Origin: Pseudomonadota bacterium
GTDB taxonomy: Bacteria > Pseudomonadota > Gammaproteobacteria > Burkholderiales > Burkholderiaceae_C
Direction of reading: 5' to 3'
DNA length: 64,000 bases
NCBI GenBank assembly: GCA_040385485.1
Contig: JAZKHJ010000020.1
Coordinates: forward strand, 27,843 to 91,842
Both the position numbers and the translations under genes were made by a program. Below the pieces are notes generated by a model. The model searched no databases. It was not told the origin of the DNA and was given only the letters and a program-made list of their open reading frames with translations. This document shows, in pieces, positions 19,592 through 30,064 of this stretch (the stretch's first letter is position 1; each line of letters opens with the position of its first letter).

Positions 19592-21379
19592 ATGAGCTCC
19601 CCCTCCCCCTCCGACCGCCCCAAAGCCACCACCCCTACATCACTCAGCGGCCTGCTGCCTTTTCTGCGGCCTTACCGTTTGCAGATCGGTCTGGCGATCC
19701 TGTTTCTGGTGCTCGCCGCGGCCGCCACGCTGGTGTTTCCGCTGGCTTTGCGCTTCCTTGTCGACAGTGGCCTGGCACCGGCCGGACGCGGTGAGCAGAC
19801 GCTGGCGTTGCGCGGCCACTTCGCCGCCCTGTTCGGCGTGGCGGTGGCGCTCGGCATTTTTTCGGCGATGCGCTTCTACCTCGTGAGCTGGCTTGGTGAG
19901 CGCGTCACCGCCGACCTGCGCAATGCGGTCTACAGCCACGTGTTGCGGCAAAGCCCGCAGTTCTTCGAGACCACGCAGACCGGCGAGGTGCTCTCGCGCC
20001 TGACCACCGACACCACGCTGGTGCAGACGGTGGTGGGTTCGTCGCTCTCCATGGGCCTGCGCAACGCCGTCATGGGCATCGGTGCGCTCATCATGCTGGT
20101 GTGGACCAACCCCTATGTGATGCTGCAGGTGCTGCTGATCATCGTGCTGGTGGTTCTGCCCAGCATGTGGTTCGGGCGGCGCGTGCGCAAGCTCTCGCGC
20201 GCCAGCCAGGACCGCGTGGCCGACTCCAGCGCCATTGCGGCCGAGGTGCTCAACGCGATTCCGGTGGTGCAGAGCTACACGGCCGAAGACCGGGAAGCGG
20301 CGCGCTTCGACGAGTCCACCCAGTTCGCTTTCGAGACCGCGATCCGACGCACCCGTGCGCGCTCGGTGCTGGTGGCCTTCATCATCATCAGCACGGCAGG
20401 CCTGCTGCTGTGGGGTCTGTACCAGGGAACGCAGGCCGTGCTGGCCGGCACGATCACGCCCGGCCACCTGGGGCAGACGGTGCTCTACATCATCATCCTG
20501 GCCGGTGCGGTCGCCGTGCTCGGTGAGGTGTACGGCGACCTGCTGCGCGCCGCCGGTGCCAGCGAGCGCCTGATGGAGCTGCTGGCCAGCGCCTCGCCGG
20601 TGCAGTCACCGGCGCAACCGCTGAAGGCCGCGTCCCCACAAGGCGGCAGTGCGCTGGTGTTCGACGACATCACCTTCCACTACCCCTCGCGCCCCGCGCA
20701 GGCCGCCCTCACGGGCTTCAACCTGGCGGTGGAACCCGGCCAGACGGTGGCGCTGGTGGGACCGAGTGGCGCGGGCAAGACCACCGTTTTTGGTCTGCTG
20801 TTGCGCTACTACGATCCGGCGCTGGGCACGATCCGGCTGGACGGCGTGCCGATTCACCAGATGAGCCTGCACGATCTGCGCAACCGCGTGGGCATCGTGC
20901 CGCAGGACCCAGTGATCTTCTCCAGCAGCGCGATGGAAAACATCCGCTACGGCAAGCCGGGTGCGAGCGACGCCGAAGTGCGCGCGGCGGCTGTCGCGGC
21001 TTTTGCCGACGAATTCATCGACCAGTTGCCCGAGGGCTACAACACCTTTCTGGGCGAGCGCGGCGTGCGGCTCTCAGGCGGTCAACGCCAGCGCATCGCG
21101 ATCGCGCGCGCCATGCTCAAGAACCCGCCGCTGCTGCTGCTCGACGAAGCCACCAGCGCACTGGACGCGCAAAGCGAACGCATGGTGCAGGCGGCGCTTG
21201 AGTCGGCCATGAAAGACCGCACCACCCTGGTCATCGCGCACCGCCTGGCGACGGTGCAGCGAGCCGACCTGATCGTGGTGCTGGACCACGGAAAGCTGGT
21301 GGAGCGAGGCACGCACGAACAGTTGGTGGCCCACGGCGGCGTGTACGCCGGCCTTGCCGCGCTGCAGTTCCAAGTCTGA
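19592..21379 (+). CDS. ABC transporter ATP-binding protein/permease (ABCB/MsbA-like exporter half-transporter)
   Basis: 595 aa from MSSPSPSDRP. Has a six-TM domain, Walker A (GPSGAGKTT), signature (LSGGQRQRIAIARA) and Walker B (LLLLDEATSALD). Confidence 0.9.
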   Translation: MSSPSPSDRPKATTPTSLSGLLPFLRPYRLQIGLAILFLVLAAAATLVFPLALRFLVDSGLAPAGRGEQTLALRGHFAALFGVAVALGIFSAMRFYLVSWLGERVTADLRNAVYSHVLRQSPQFFETTQTGEVLSRLTTDTTLVQTVVGSSLSMGLRNAVMGIGALIMLVWTNPYVMLQVLLIIVLVVLPSMWFGRRVRKLSRASQDRVADSSAIAAEVLNAIPVVQSYTAEDREAARFDESTQFAFETAIRRTRARSVLVAFIIISTAGLLLWGLYQGTQAVLAGTITPGHLGQTVLYIIILAGAVAVLGEVYGDLLRAAGASERLMELLASASPVQSPAQPLKAASPQGGSALVFDDITFHYPSRPAQAALTGFNLAVEPGQTVALVGPSGAGKTTVFGLLLRYYDPALGTIRLDGVPIHQMSLHDLRNRVGIVPQDPVIFSSSAMENIRYGKPGASDAEVRAAAVAAFADEFIDQLPEGYNTFLGERGVRLSGGQRQRIAIARAMLKNPPLLLLDEATSALDAQSERMVQAALESAMKDRTTLVIAHRLATVQRADLIVVLDHGKLVERGTHEQLVAHGGVYAGLAALQFQV

Positions 21380-21392
21380 CGGGAATTCCGAT

Positions 21393-24300
21393 CTACCCCA
21401 GCTGGCGCAGTTCGCGCAGCGCCACTGACACGGGGGCGAGATCCGGCGCCAGGTTGGCGATGCTCTCGTGCATGGCGTTGACGCGTTCGATCGCCTTGGC
21501 GTGCTGGTCCTGCCACTCGGCCAGCGTCTGCTGGCTGCTCAGCAGCGACAGTACCAACTGCCCCGCGATGGAGTACACGTCGTCGCGCGCACTCGCGCGG
21601 GCCTGGGTCTGCCACAGCGAGTCCGTCGGCAGCTTGCCGATCTGCTGACGCCAGCGGTCCAGGCCGAGCGTGTTCTCGAGCGCGAAGTAGGTGCGCGCAG
21701 CCTGCTCCAGCGTGCTGCCGGCCTTGGCTGCCACATCGACCAGGTCGAGCACCGGGTACAGGTGGTCGAGCACGGTGAGGTCATCGGCGAGCTGCGCATC
21801 CACACCAGCCTGCACCAGGCTGGCGCTGGCCGCTTTCCACTGTTCCAGAGCGGTGGCGGGCAGCCATTGCTCGACGTGCTCGCGCAGCGTGCGGGCCGCC
21901 GGGCGGTACTTGGCGATCAGTGTGGGCAGGTCACCCTGGCCACGGTGGCGCAGCATCCAGCGGCTGGCGCGCTGGGCGATGGTGGCCAGCTGGGTGAGCA
22001 GGCTCAGCTGCAGCTCGGTCGTCACCTTGTTGTCCAGCGCGTCGATCTGGTCCCAGATCGGTTCGAGTGCAAACACCTCGCGCGCCAGCGTATAGGCACT
22101 GACCACATCGGCCGCCGTGCACGAAGCTTCATTGGCGAGATAGTTGACGAAGGTTGCACCGACGCGGTTGGCCACGGTGTTGGTCATGAAGGTGGCGATG
22201 ATTTCGCGCTTGAGCGGATGCCGCGCGATGAAGTCGCCATGGCGTTCGCCCAGCACCACCGGGAAATACATCTTGAGCACACGCGCGTAGAACGGATCGT
22301 CGGGCAGGCTGCTGGCGCACAGCTCGTCGAACAGGTTCATCTTGGCGTAGGCCAGCAGCACGGCGTTTTCGGGGCGGGTGAGTCCACGGCCTTCGCGCTT
22401 GCGCTTGCCCAGTTCTTCATCACTCGGCAGGAATTCGATGGGGCGTTTGAGCAGGCCGATCTGCTCCAGCCATCGCATCAGGTTCTGCTGCCCGTCGAGC
22501 AGATACACAGGCCGGGTGGCGGCCAGCTCGATCTGCTGAGTCTGGTAGTAGTTGTCCTGCAGCACGAGGTGGCCTACCTCATCGGTCATGCTCGCAAGCA
22601 GGTCGTTGCGGCTCTCCAGCGTGAGGCCTCCGGCCTCCTGCACGGCGCCCAGCAGGATCTTGATGTTGACCTCGTGGTCGGAGCAGTCCACGCCGGCCGA
22701 GTTGTCGATCGCGTCGGTGTAGATCAGGCCCCCGGCCTGGGCGAATTCGATGCGACCGTTCTGCGTGCAACCAAGGTTGCCGCCTTCCCCGAACACCTTG
22801 CAGCGCAGCTCGTTGCCGTTGACGCGGAAGGCATCGCCCGCCTTGTCGCCCACCTGCGCGTGGCTCTCGAAGCTGGCCTTCACGTAAGTGCCGATGCCGC
22901 CGTTGTAGAGCAGGTCCACCGGGGCCTTGAGGATGGCGTTGAGCAGCTCATTGGGTGCCATCTGGGTGGCGTCGGTGCCGATGACCGCGCGCGCCTGTGC
23001 GCTCAGCGGGATCGACTTGGCGCTGCGTGGAAACACGCCGCCGCCTTCGCTGATGAGGCCCTTGTCGTAGTCGTCCCAGCTGGAGCGCGGCAGCTTGAAC
23101 AGCCGTTCGCGCTCGGCATAGCTCGCGGCGAGATCGGGGCTGGGGTCGATGAAGATGTGGCGGTGGTCGAAGGCCAGCACCAGCCGGATCTGCGTGGACA
23201 GCAGCATGCCGTTGCCGAACACGTCACCCGACATGTCACCGATGCCGGCCACGGTGAAGGGCTGAGTCTGCGTGTCCACGCCCAGGCCGCGGAAATGGCG
23301 CTTGACCGATTCCCAGGCGCCGCGGGCGGTGATGCCCATCTTCTTGTGGTCGTAGCCGACCGAGCCGCCGGACGCAAACGCGTCGCCCAGCCAGAAGCCG
23401 TAGGCCGCGCTCACGCTGTTGGCGATGTCGCTGAAGGTGGCCGTGCCCTTGTCGGCGGCGACCACCAGGTAGGGGTCGTCCTCGTCGTGGCGCACCACGT
23501 CGGGCGGAGGCACCACCGCGCCCTTGACCAGGTTGTCGGTGATGTCGAGCAGGCCCGAGAGGAAGGTCTTGTAGCAGGCCACACCTTCGGCCAGATAGGC
23601 TTCGCGCTCGCTCGCCGGCGGGGCCTTCTTCAGCACAAAACCGCCCTTGGAGCCCACCGGCACGATCACCGTGTTCTTCACCATCTGCGCCTTGACCAGG
23701 CCGAGGATCTCGGTGCGGAAATCTTCGCGCCGGTCCGACCAGCGCAGGCCACCGCGCGCGACCTTGCCACCGCGCAGGTGCAGACCTTCGACGCGCGGTG
23801 AATAGACCCAGATCTCGAACAGGGGCTTGGGTTCGGGCACGTTGGGGATGTCGCGCGGGCTGAGCTTGAAGCTCATGTAGTCATGTCCGCGCTGGTAGGC
23901 GTTGGTGCGCAGCGTGGCCTGGATGGTGCTGAGGAACTGGCGCAGCACGCGGTCTTCCTCCAGGCTGGCCACGTCGGCCAGCAGGGCTTCCAGAGCCTGC
24001 GCCTGGGCTTCAATGCGTTCCGCACGGCGGTCCGCTTTCGCCGGATCGAAGCGGATCGCGAACAGCTCGGCCAGGCCCTGCGCGATGGTGGGGTTCTTGT
24101 TGAGCGTGTCTTCGATGTAGCTCTGGCTGAAGGCGAAGCCGAGCTGCTTGAAGTAGCGCACGTAGGCGCGCAGCACGGCAATGGCGCGGGCATCGAGCTC
24201 GGTGGAGAGCACCAGGCGGTTGAGCGCATCGCTCTCAACCTCCTGGCGCCAGACGGCCTGGAACAGTTCCTCGAAGCGGAACTTGAGGCGCTCGACGTCC

Positions 24301-26018
24301 AGCGGCTGGGCAAACTGCAGGCCCCAGTCGTGCAGCCAGTAGCCCGGCGCGGCGAGGTGATAGGGGTGCTCGTCGAGCACCCGCGCGCCCATGGACTCCA
24401 TCACCGGCATGGCGTCCGACAGTGTGATCTTCTGCGTGGCGTAGGTCTTGAAGCGCACCTGTCCCTGGCGGTTGTAGAGCTTGAGCGCGAGTGGCCGCTG
24501 CTCACCCAGGCCGCTGAGCACCGCCGCGTCGCTGGCGGCGGTGTCGGCGTCGAAGTGCTCGCGGTAGGCGGTCGGGAACGCCGCCACCAGGGCCTCCAGG
24601 CCGCTGGCGCTGCGGCCGTTCTGCGCCAGCAGCACGGCGTTCACGCCGTCGACCCAGCGCTTGCACGCCTGGGCCACGCGGGATTCAAGCTGGGCCAGGT
24701 CCACTTGCGCGGGCAGCTTGTCCTTGGCGCGCACGATGTAGTGGATGCGCGCCAGCGCACTGTCGGTGAGCATCGGCGTGAACTCGATCGACGCCGCGTC
24801 GAACGCCTCGGTGAACAAGGCACCGAGCTTCACGCGCAGCTCGGTGGTGTACACATCGCGCGGCACATACACCAGCAGGGATGCCAGGCTGCCGTAGGCG
24901 CCACGGCGCACGAACAGGCGCACGCGCTGGCGCTCCTGCAGGCGCAGGATGCCCATGGCATGCTGCTCCAGCGTGGCGGCGTCGATCTGCAGCATCTCGT
25001 CGCGCGGGTAGGTCTCCAGGATCGCCTGCAAGGCCTTGTGGGCATGGCTGCCCGTGACCACGCCGGCATTGGCCATGACCTGAGCCACATGCTGGCGCAC
25101 CACCGGGATCTGTTCCACCGAGGCGGCGTAGGCTGCCGATGTGTAGAGCCCGAGGAAACGGCTTTCGCCTACCAGCTTGCCGGTGGCGTCCAGCCGCTTC
25201 ACGCTGATGGCGTCCATCCACGCCGGGCGGTGCACGGTGGAGCGGCTCATGGCCTTGGTGGACAGCACCAGGTCGGGGTTGGCCACGAAGGCGGCCGCGG
25301 GCTGGGCCGGCAGCACCTGCGCTCCGGGCGCCTTGAGCAGACCCAGCGCCGTGCCGGGCACGGGCACCAGCACATCGTCTTGAAGCACGTAGTCTTCGGC
25401 CGCCAGGAAGGTGAAGTGGCCTTGTTCGAGCCAGGTCAGGAAGGCCTTGGCTTCGTCGGCGACGGACGCATCCAGCGCGGTGAAGCTGGCGTTGAGCACC
25501 TGCACGCGCGAGAGCATGGCGCGCCAGTCCTGCACGGCCAGGCGCACGTCCTGCAGGGTGTCTTCTATGGTCTTGCGCAGTGCATCGCCGTCAGGGTCGG
25601 ACGCGAGCCGGTCGCACTCGACCAGGATGCACGAAACGACCTGCCCGTCGCCGGCGCCTTGTTGCGCGGCACCGAGGATTTCCACCACATGACCGGCCGC
25701 ATCGCGTTTAACACGCACCAGCGGATGAACGATCCAGTGCAATGTGCGTCCGGTGCGGTTGACAGCCATGCCCACCGAGTCGACGAGAAAGGGCATGTCG
25801 GGGTGCACGATCTGCAGCACGTGCGTGCCCGGGTCCTGCACGGGATCCACCGGCAAGTCCAGCACCTGAACGATGACTTCACCGGGCGCCGATGCGCTCA
25901 ACAGGGCCTGGTGCGCGGCGGCCATGGTCTTGAGCAGGGCGGGGTCGCGGTTGCGCATTTCCTCGGGGTCGGCGGCAGCGAAATACAGGTCCTGAAAGCT
26001 CGGGTTCATGGTCGGCAT
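21393..26018 (-). CDS. gdhB: NAD-specific glutamate dehydrogenase, large (about 180 kDa) class
   Basis: 1541 aa single ORF. The catalytic core contains PYLVVAADKGTATFSDIAN and GGSVGYDHKKMGITARGAWE, typical of the bacterial NAD-GDH (Bac_GDH) family. Confidence 0.9.
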   Translation of the reverse strand: MPTMNPSFQDLYFAAADPEEMRNRDPALLKTMAAAHQALLSASAPGEVIVQVLDLPVDPVQDPGTHVLQIVHPDMPFLVDSVGMAVNRTGRTLHWIVHPLVRVKRDAAGHVVEILGAAQQGAGDGQVVSCILVECDRLASDPDGDALRKTIEDTLQDVRLAVQDWRAMLSRVQVLNASFTALDASVADEAKAFLTWLEQGHFTFLAAEDYVLQDDVLVPVPGTALGLLKAPGAQVLPAQPAAAFVANPDLVLSTKAMSRSTVHRPAWMDAISVKRLDATGKLVGESRFLGLYTSAAYAASVEQIPVVRQHVAQVMANAGVVTGSHAHKALQAILETYPRDEMLQIDAATLEQHAMGILRLQERQRVRLFVRRGAYGSLASLLVYVPRDVYTTELRVKLGALFTEAFDAASIEFTPMLTDSALARIHYIVRAKDKLPAQVDLAQLESRVAQACKRWVDGVNAVLLAQNGRSASGLEALVAAFPTAYREHFDADTAASDAAVLSGLGEQRPLALKLYNRQGQVRFKTYATQKITLSDAMPVMESMGARVLDEHPYHLAAPGYWLHDWGLQFAQPLDVERLKFRFEELFQAVWRQEVESDALNRLVLSTELDARAIAVLRAYVRYFKQLGFAFSQSYIEDTLNKNPTIAQGLAELFAIRFDPAKADRRAERIEAQAQALEALLADVASLEEDRVLRQFLSTIQATLRTNAYQRGHDYMSFKLSPRDIPNVPEPKPLFEIWVYSPRVEGLHLRGGKVARGGLRWSDRREDFRTEILGLVKAQMVKNTVIVPVGSKGGFVLKKAPPASEREAYLAEGVACYKTFLSGLLDITDNLVKGAVVPPPDVVRHDEDDPYLVVAADKGTATFSDIANSVSAAYGFWLGDAFASGGSVGYDHKKMGITARGAWESVKRHFRGLGVDTQTQPFTVAGIGDMSGDVFGNGMLLSTQIRLVLAFDHRHIFIDPSPDLAASYAERERLFKLPRSSWDDYDKGLISEGGGVFPRSAKSIPLSAQARAVIGTDATQMAPNELLNAILKAPVDLLYNGGIGTYVKASFESHAQVGDKAGDAFRVNGNELRCKVFGEGGNLGCTQNGRIEFAQAGGLIYTDAIDNSAGVDCSDHEVNIKILLGAVQEAGGLTLESRNDLLASMTDEVGHLVLQDNYYQTQQIELAATRPVYLLDGQQNLMRWLEQIGLLKRPIEFLPSDEELGKRKREGRGLTRPENAVLLAYAKMNLFDELCASSLPDDPFYARVLKMYFPVVLGERHGDFIARHPLKREIIATFMTNTVANRVGATFVNYLANEASCTAADVVSAYTLAREVFALEPIWDQIDALDNKVTTELQLSLLTQLATIAQRASRWMLRHRGQGDLPTLIAKYRPAARTLREHVEQWLPATALEQWKAASASLVQAGVDAQLADDLTVLDHLYPVLDLVDVAAKAGSTLEQAARTYFALENTLGLDRWRQQIGKLPTDSLWQTQARASARDDVYSIAGQLVLSLLSSQQTLAEWQDQHAKAIERVNAMHESIANLAPDLAPVSVALRELRQLG

Positions 26019-26284
26019 CCGGTCAAGATTGGGGGCGGTTGGCAGGGAAAGATGTGCGCGATTCTAGGAGCGCTCCCCATCCCGAAACGCTCCCAGACAA
26101 GGATTGCATGGACCCATGCCATGCCCTCATGCGCAAAACGCATGATGCGCTCAAGTGAAGCACGCAGGCATAAAAATACTTCGCGCCGAGGGACCTGGAA
26201 GTTCCGGCGAAACCCTCTCCTGTGTGGCGGGGGCGACTCGGTTGCGGGCTCTACGGATGCCGCGCTGCAGGCATCCTCGAAAAA

Positions 26285-27100
26285 CTATCGAATCAGTCCT
26301 GCGGCAGGCGCGTCCGTCGGTTGGCAGAGGCGCCCCATGGCGACCGCAATCAAGCAATTCCGAGCCGCATTGATTCTTGCAGCCTCGCGCCACTCATCTT
26401 TGGCTATGGCACCCTGCAACCATTCACCACGCCAGACAACCTTGAAAACTGTCGTATCCAGCCGTCGAGCCTGCTCGCTCTTTGAGCCGCCATGCGACGT
26501 CACGTCGACCAGCATGTGGCCTGCCGCATCCACGAACAGATGGGACAGCCTGTTGGGATCCGTGCCGACCACCAATGGCAGGAACCGACCATCCGATCGA
26601 TCAAAAAAGACCCAGCCCGGCTCGGACGTGGTGAAGGCGAAGTAGCGTTGGTTGGGCACCGTCACGGAGTAGGTCGTTGCAGACATTCCAATGCATTGGC
26701 CCAATCTGTCGAACCACCCCGATTCGCGACTCATTGCGGTGGTGAACGTGCTCACCCGACCCGTCGCCGCGTGTTCCATGCGGATGTCACTGCTCCGGCA
26801 TCCGTTGGATCGGGTATCCACCCGCCAGCCACCAGGCAGGTCGGCGCCACCCAACACATGCGGATAGAAGGGGGAGATATTTATCTCGGCTTCAACTGGC
26901 TGAGCGCCTCCTGTTGTTCCAGGACTCGGGTTGCGTCCCCTCGGGGCACCACTCGTCAAAAAGAACAACTCTGCGGCGCTGCCCTCGTACACAGGAAGAT
27001 CTTGCATCCTGAGCGTCTCCACCTCCGCAGAGGCAGCGACAAATGAGCACACACTCGAGAGAGCCACAACGACGGTCGCCAGGACCATCCTTCTGTTCAC
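26285..27100 (-). CDS. hypothetical secreted protein (orphan; lower G+C)
   Basis: 271 aa if the GTG at 27100 is used (GTGA overlap with the upstream stop), or 267 aa from the ATG at 27088. Has a Sec-type signal peptide (VLATVVVALSSVCSFVAASA|EV) and four Cys in the mature part. No family recognised. Confidence 0.55.
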   Translation of the reverse strand: MNRRMVLATVVVALSSVCSFVAASAEVETLRMQDLPVYEGSAAELFFLTSGAPRGRNPSPGTTGGAQPVEAEINISPFYPHVLGGADLPGGWRVDTRSNGCRSSDIRMEHAATGRVSTFTTAMSRESGWFDRLGQCIGMSATTYSVTVPNQRYFAFTTSEPGWVFFDRSDGRFLPLVVGTDPNRLSHLFVDAAGHMLVDVTSHGGSKSEQARRLDTTVFKVVWRGEWLQGAIAKDEWREAARINAARNCLIAVAMGRLCQPTDAPAAGLIR

Positions 27101-27579
27101 TGCAGCGTTTCCTTGATCGCCGGCAACATCGGCAGCGCAATCACCTCGATGCCCTCTTCCAGCATGGCCAGGGCTTCCTGCGGGGAGGCCTGCCCGCGGA
27201 TGTTGCGGTGCTCTGTTTCGCCGCTGTGCATCGCGCGCGCCTCGTCGGCAAAGCGCTCCCCCACATCTTCGGTCTGCGCCACCACCTCGCGCAGCGCCTT
27301 GAGCATGCGGGCCTGCAAGGCGGCCAGTTCGGGATGCATCGCGTGGTTGCTCATCGCCACAACCGCACCGGCGGGCGCCGCGAGGTCGGGGGCGTCTGCG
27401 TCATTGCGCCCGCTGCGCAGGTTCAGGCGCGGAGCCGAGAGCGTCTTGTGGATGTGGGCGTCACCGCACATCGGGCAGGTGAGCAACCCGCGGGCCAGTT
27501 GGCTCACGAAATCGTCTTCCGAACCGAACCAGCCTTCGAAGTCGTGCTGGTGCGCACATTGCAGATTGAGGACCTTCAT
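27097..27579 (-). CDS. DUF1178 family protein (zinc-ribbon N-terminus)
   Basis: 160 aa. Starts [24 protein letters not shown] and contains LTCPMCG, the characteristic DUF1178 start. Confidence 0.8.
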   Translation of the reverse strand: MKVLNLQCAHQHDFEGWFGSEDDFVSQLARGLLTCPMCGDAHIHKTLSAPRLNLRSGRNDADAPDLAAPAGAVVAMSNHAMHPELAALQARMLKALREVVAQTEDVGERFADEARAMHSGETEHRNIRGQASPQEALAMLEEGIEVIALPMLPAIKETLQ

Positions 27580-28181
27580 GGAACGGATTGTCCTGCCAAA
27601 GGTGTTTCAGCGTCTCGCTGCCAGTCCAGTGTCCATTCACCGGCCTGCACGTTCTGCAGCCACATCGAGCCGACCAGCGTCTTGCAGTCGATCACCTCGC
27701 CGCTGAAACACCAGGCCCGCAGCTCTGCGGGTGTGGCGGTGAACACGTCGAGGAATTCACCGTCGTCGAGCTGCCGCTCCCCGAGCGTGAGGCCGCGTGC
27801 GAACCAGATGTCGATGGTCTCATCCGAGTACGCCACTGTGGGCGCCAGCCGCCCGGCGAACGCCCACTCGCGCGCGCTGTAACCGGTTTCCTCGAACAAT
27901 TCCCGCTGGGCACACGCCAGGCTGTCTTCGCCTTCATCGAGCTTGCCGGCTGGAAATTCGATCATCACGGTCTGCATGGGGTGGCGGAACTGGCGCTCCA
28001 GCACCACCTGCCCATCGTCCAGCAATCCGATGACCATGACCGCACCCGGGTGCAACACGTACTCGCGCGTGGCCTCGGCACCACCGGGCAGACGCACCGT
28101 GTCGCGCACCACGTGCAGAAAGTTGCCGCGCAGCAGCTCGGTGCGCGACAGCGGCGTTTCTCGCAAGTGGCTGTCGTTCAT
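27576..28181 (-). CDS. NUDIX hydrolase (ADP-ribose pyrophosphatase-like)
   Basis: 201 aa from [12 protein letters not shown]. Has the Nudix box [22 protein letters not shown]. The longer track ORF (to 28514) overlaps the DUF2818 gene in another frame. Confidence 0.88.
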   Translation of the reverse strand: MNDSHLRETPLSRTELLRGNFLHVVRDTVRLPGGAEATREYVLHPGAVMVIGLLDDGQVVLERQFRHPMQTVMIEFPAGKLDEGEDSLACAQRELFEETGYSAREWAFAGRLAPTVAYSDETIDIWFARGLTLGERQLDDGEFLDVFTATPAELRAWCFSGEVIDCKTLVGSMWLQNVQAGEWTLDWQRDAETPLAGQSVP

Positions 28182-28477
28182 CTGTGGCGGTAGAGATAGC
28201 GGTAGACGAAACCGGGAAAGGCCAGCGTGATGAACAGCGCACCGGTGGTTGCGTAGAACTCCCAACCCTGCGGCGCAATCTGCCCGGAGCTCTGCTCCAG
28301 GGCGAGACCGAGGGCACCCACGAGGAAATACAGCAGCACCATCTCGGCCAACCGCATCCCGAGGGTCTTGGGCAGGCTGCGCGGAATCACCGCCAGCCAC
28401 CGCTCGTTGATGAAGGGCAGGTTGGCGGCCACGAGCGCGGCGATCAACACCAGCCAGACGGAAAAACTGTGGTTCAT
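28178..28477 (-). CDS. DUF2818 family small membrane protein
   Basis: 99 aa with three predicted TM helices. It occupies the conserved position directly downstream of nuoN and has a 4-nt overlap with the NUDIX gene. Confidence 0.7.
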   Translation of the reverse strand: MNHSFSVWLVLIAALVAANLPFINERWLAVIPRSLPKTLGMRLAEMVLLYFLVGALGLALEQSSGQIAPQGWEFYATTGALFITLAFPGFVYRYLYRHR

Positions 28478-28533
28478 GTTGGAGGTATGAGCCGGCCCCG
28501 CCGGCCGAGTTCACCGGAGATGGCCTGCAGGCT

Positions 28534-30030
28534 TCAGGCGAACAATGCAGCCACGGCTTGGGCGCACAGGCTCATGAGGCCACCGGGCACGATGCCGAGC
28601 AGCAGCACCAGTGCACCGTTGATGGAGAGCACCGAGCGCGCGTCCAGGCCCGCTTCGATGTCGGCGGTCTGCGTGGGCGCGTCAAAGTACATCAACTTGA
28701 CCAAGCGCAGGTAGTAGAAGGCGCCGATCAGCGACATGACGACCGCGAACACGGCCAGGCCCACGTAGAAGGGCCCGCCGGAGGCCAGCAGCGCCTGCAG
28801 CACCGAGAGCTTGGCATAGAAACCCACGAGTGGCGGGACACCAGCCAGCGAGAACATGCAGATGGCCATGACGCCGGCATACAACGGGCTGCGCTGGTTC
28901 AGGCCTGCGAGGTCGGTGATGTTCTCGGACTCAAAACCGCTGCGCGACAGCAGCAGGATCACGCCGAAGGTGCCCAGCGTGGTCAACACATAGGTGATGA
29001 CGTAGAACATGGACGAGCTGTAGGCGTTGGCCATGTTGCCCGTGTCGCCGTTCACCACGCCGGCCAGCAAGCCGAGCAGCATGAAGCCCATCTGCGCGAT
29101 GGTGGAGAACGCCAGCATGCGCTTGAGGTTGGTCTGCGCGATGGCGGCGAAGTTGCCCACCAGCAAGGACATGACGGCCAGCACCGCGAGCATCTGTTGC
29201 CAGTCAAAAGCGAGCGGCTGCAGACCTTCGACCAGCAGGCGGATCACGATGGCGAAGGCCGCGAGCTTGGGCGCACCACCGATCATGAGCGTGACGGCGG
29301 TGGGGGCGCCATGATAGACGTCGGGTACCCACATGTGAAAGGGCACCACGCCGAGCTTGAAGGCCAGACCGGCGACCACGAACACCAGGCCCAGCGTGAG
29401 CACCTGGGCCGAGCCCTTGAGCGTGGCCTCGCCGCCTGCGATGGACTTCATCACCTCGGACAGGTCGAGCGAACCGGTGGCGCCATACACCATGGACAAG
29501 CCATAGAGCAGGAAACCGCTGGCCAGCGCGCCGAGCACGAAATACTTCATGGCCGCCTCGGTCGCCTGCACGTCGTCGCGACGCAGTGCCACCAGCGCAT
29601 AGCTGGACAACGTGAGCAGTTCCAGACCGAGGTAGATCACAAGGAAGTTGTGGCCCGAGATCATGACGAACATGCCCAGCAGCGCGAACATGGACAGGGT
29701 GAACATCTCACCGCCCCGCAGCATGTCGCGCTGGCCGGCATAGTCACGGCCATAGACCAACGTCACCATCATGGCGATGGTGGCAAAACACTTGAGCCAG
29801 TTGCCCATGGGGTCACTGACGATCATGCCGCCGAAGCCGGAGGTGGTAGTGCCCGAGACGGCCGCCATGCCGAGCAAGAGCGCAACCGCGCCGAGCGACA
29901 GCAGGGTCAGCGCGTAGGTGGCACCGCGCAGGGGCGACTTCACCGTCAGATCGGCCAGCGCGATCACGCATGCCATCGTCAGCAGGAGGATTTCTGGGTA
30001 GGCCGCAACCCAGCTGAGCTTGTCAATCAT
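28534..30030 (-). CDS. nuoN: NADH-quinone oxidoreductase subunit N
   Basis: 498 aa polytopic antiporter-like subunit; last gene of the nuo operon. Confidence 0.95.
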   Translation of the reverse strand: MIDKLSWVAAYPEILLLTMACVIALADLTVKSPLRGATYALTLLSLGAVALLLGMAAVSGTTTSGFGGMIVSDPMGNWLKCFATIAMMVTLVYGRDYAGQRDMLRGGEMFTLSMFALLGMFVMISGHNFLVIYLGLELLTLSSYALVALRRDDVQATEAAMKYFVLGALASGFLLYGLSMVYGATGSLDLSEVMKSIAGGEATLKGSAQVLTLGLVFVVAGLAFKLGVVPFHMWVPDVYHGAPTAVTLMIGGAPKLAAFAIVIRLLVEGLQPLAFDWQQMLAVLAVMSLLVGNFAAIAQTNLKRMLAFSTIAQMGFMLLGLLAGVVNGDTGNMANAYSSSMFYVITYVLTTLGTFGVILLLSRSGFESENITDLAGLNQRSPLYAGVMAICMFSLAGVPPLVGFYAKLSVLQALLASGGPFYVGLAVFAVVMSLIGAFYYLRLVKLMYFDAPTQTADIEAGLDARSVLSINGALVLLLGIVPGGLMSLCAQAVAALFA

Positions 30031-30064
30031 TGTTCGTTCTCTTGTGTCGTGTGGCGGGCCTGGC

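Noticed and set aside
26128-26275. Small palindromes upstream of the gdh gene (ATGCGcaaaaCGCAT around 26128-26142; GGATGCCgcgctgcaGGCATCC 26254-26275)
   Set aside because: They are short, with no flanking U-tracts and no recognisable operator consensus. They could be regulator sites or a weak 3' hairpin of the orphan gene, but nothing in the sequence alone supports a specific call.
21468-26645. 777-aa and 920-aa ORFs on the plus strand opposite the NAD-GDH gene
   Set aside because: These are antisense shadow ORFs. The minus-strand 1541-aa frame carries the conserved GDH catalytic motifs. The tail of the second ORF merely runs through the intergenic region into the orphan gene.
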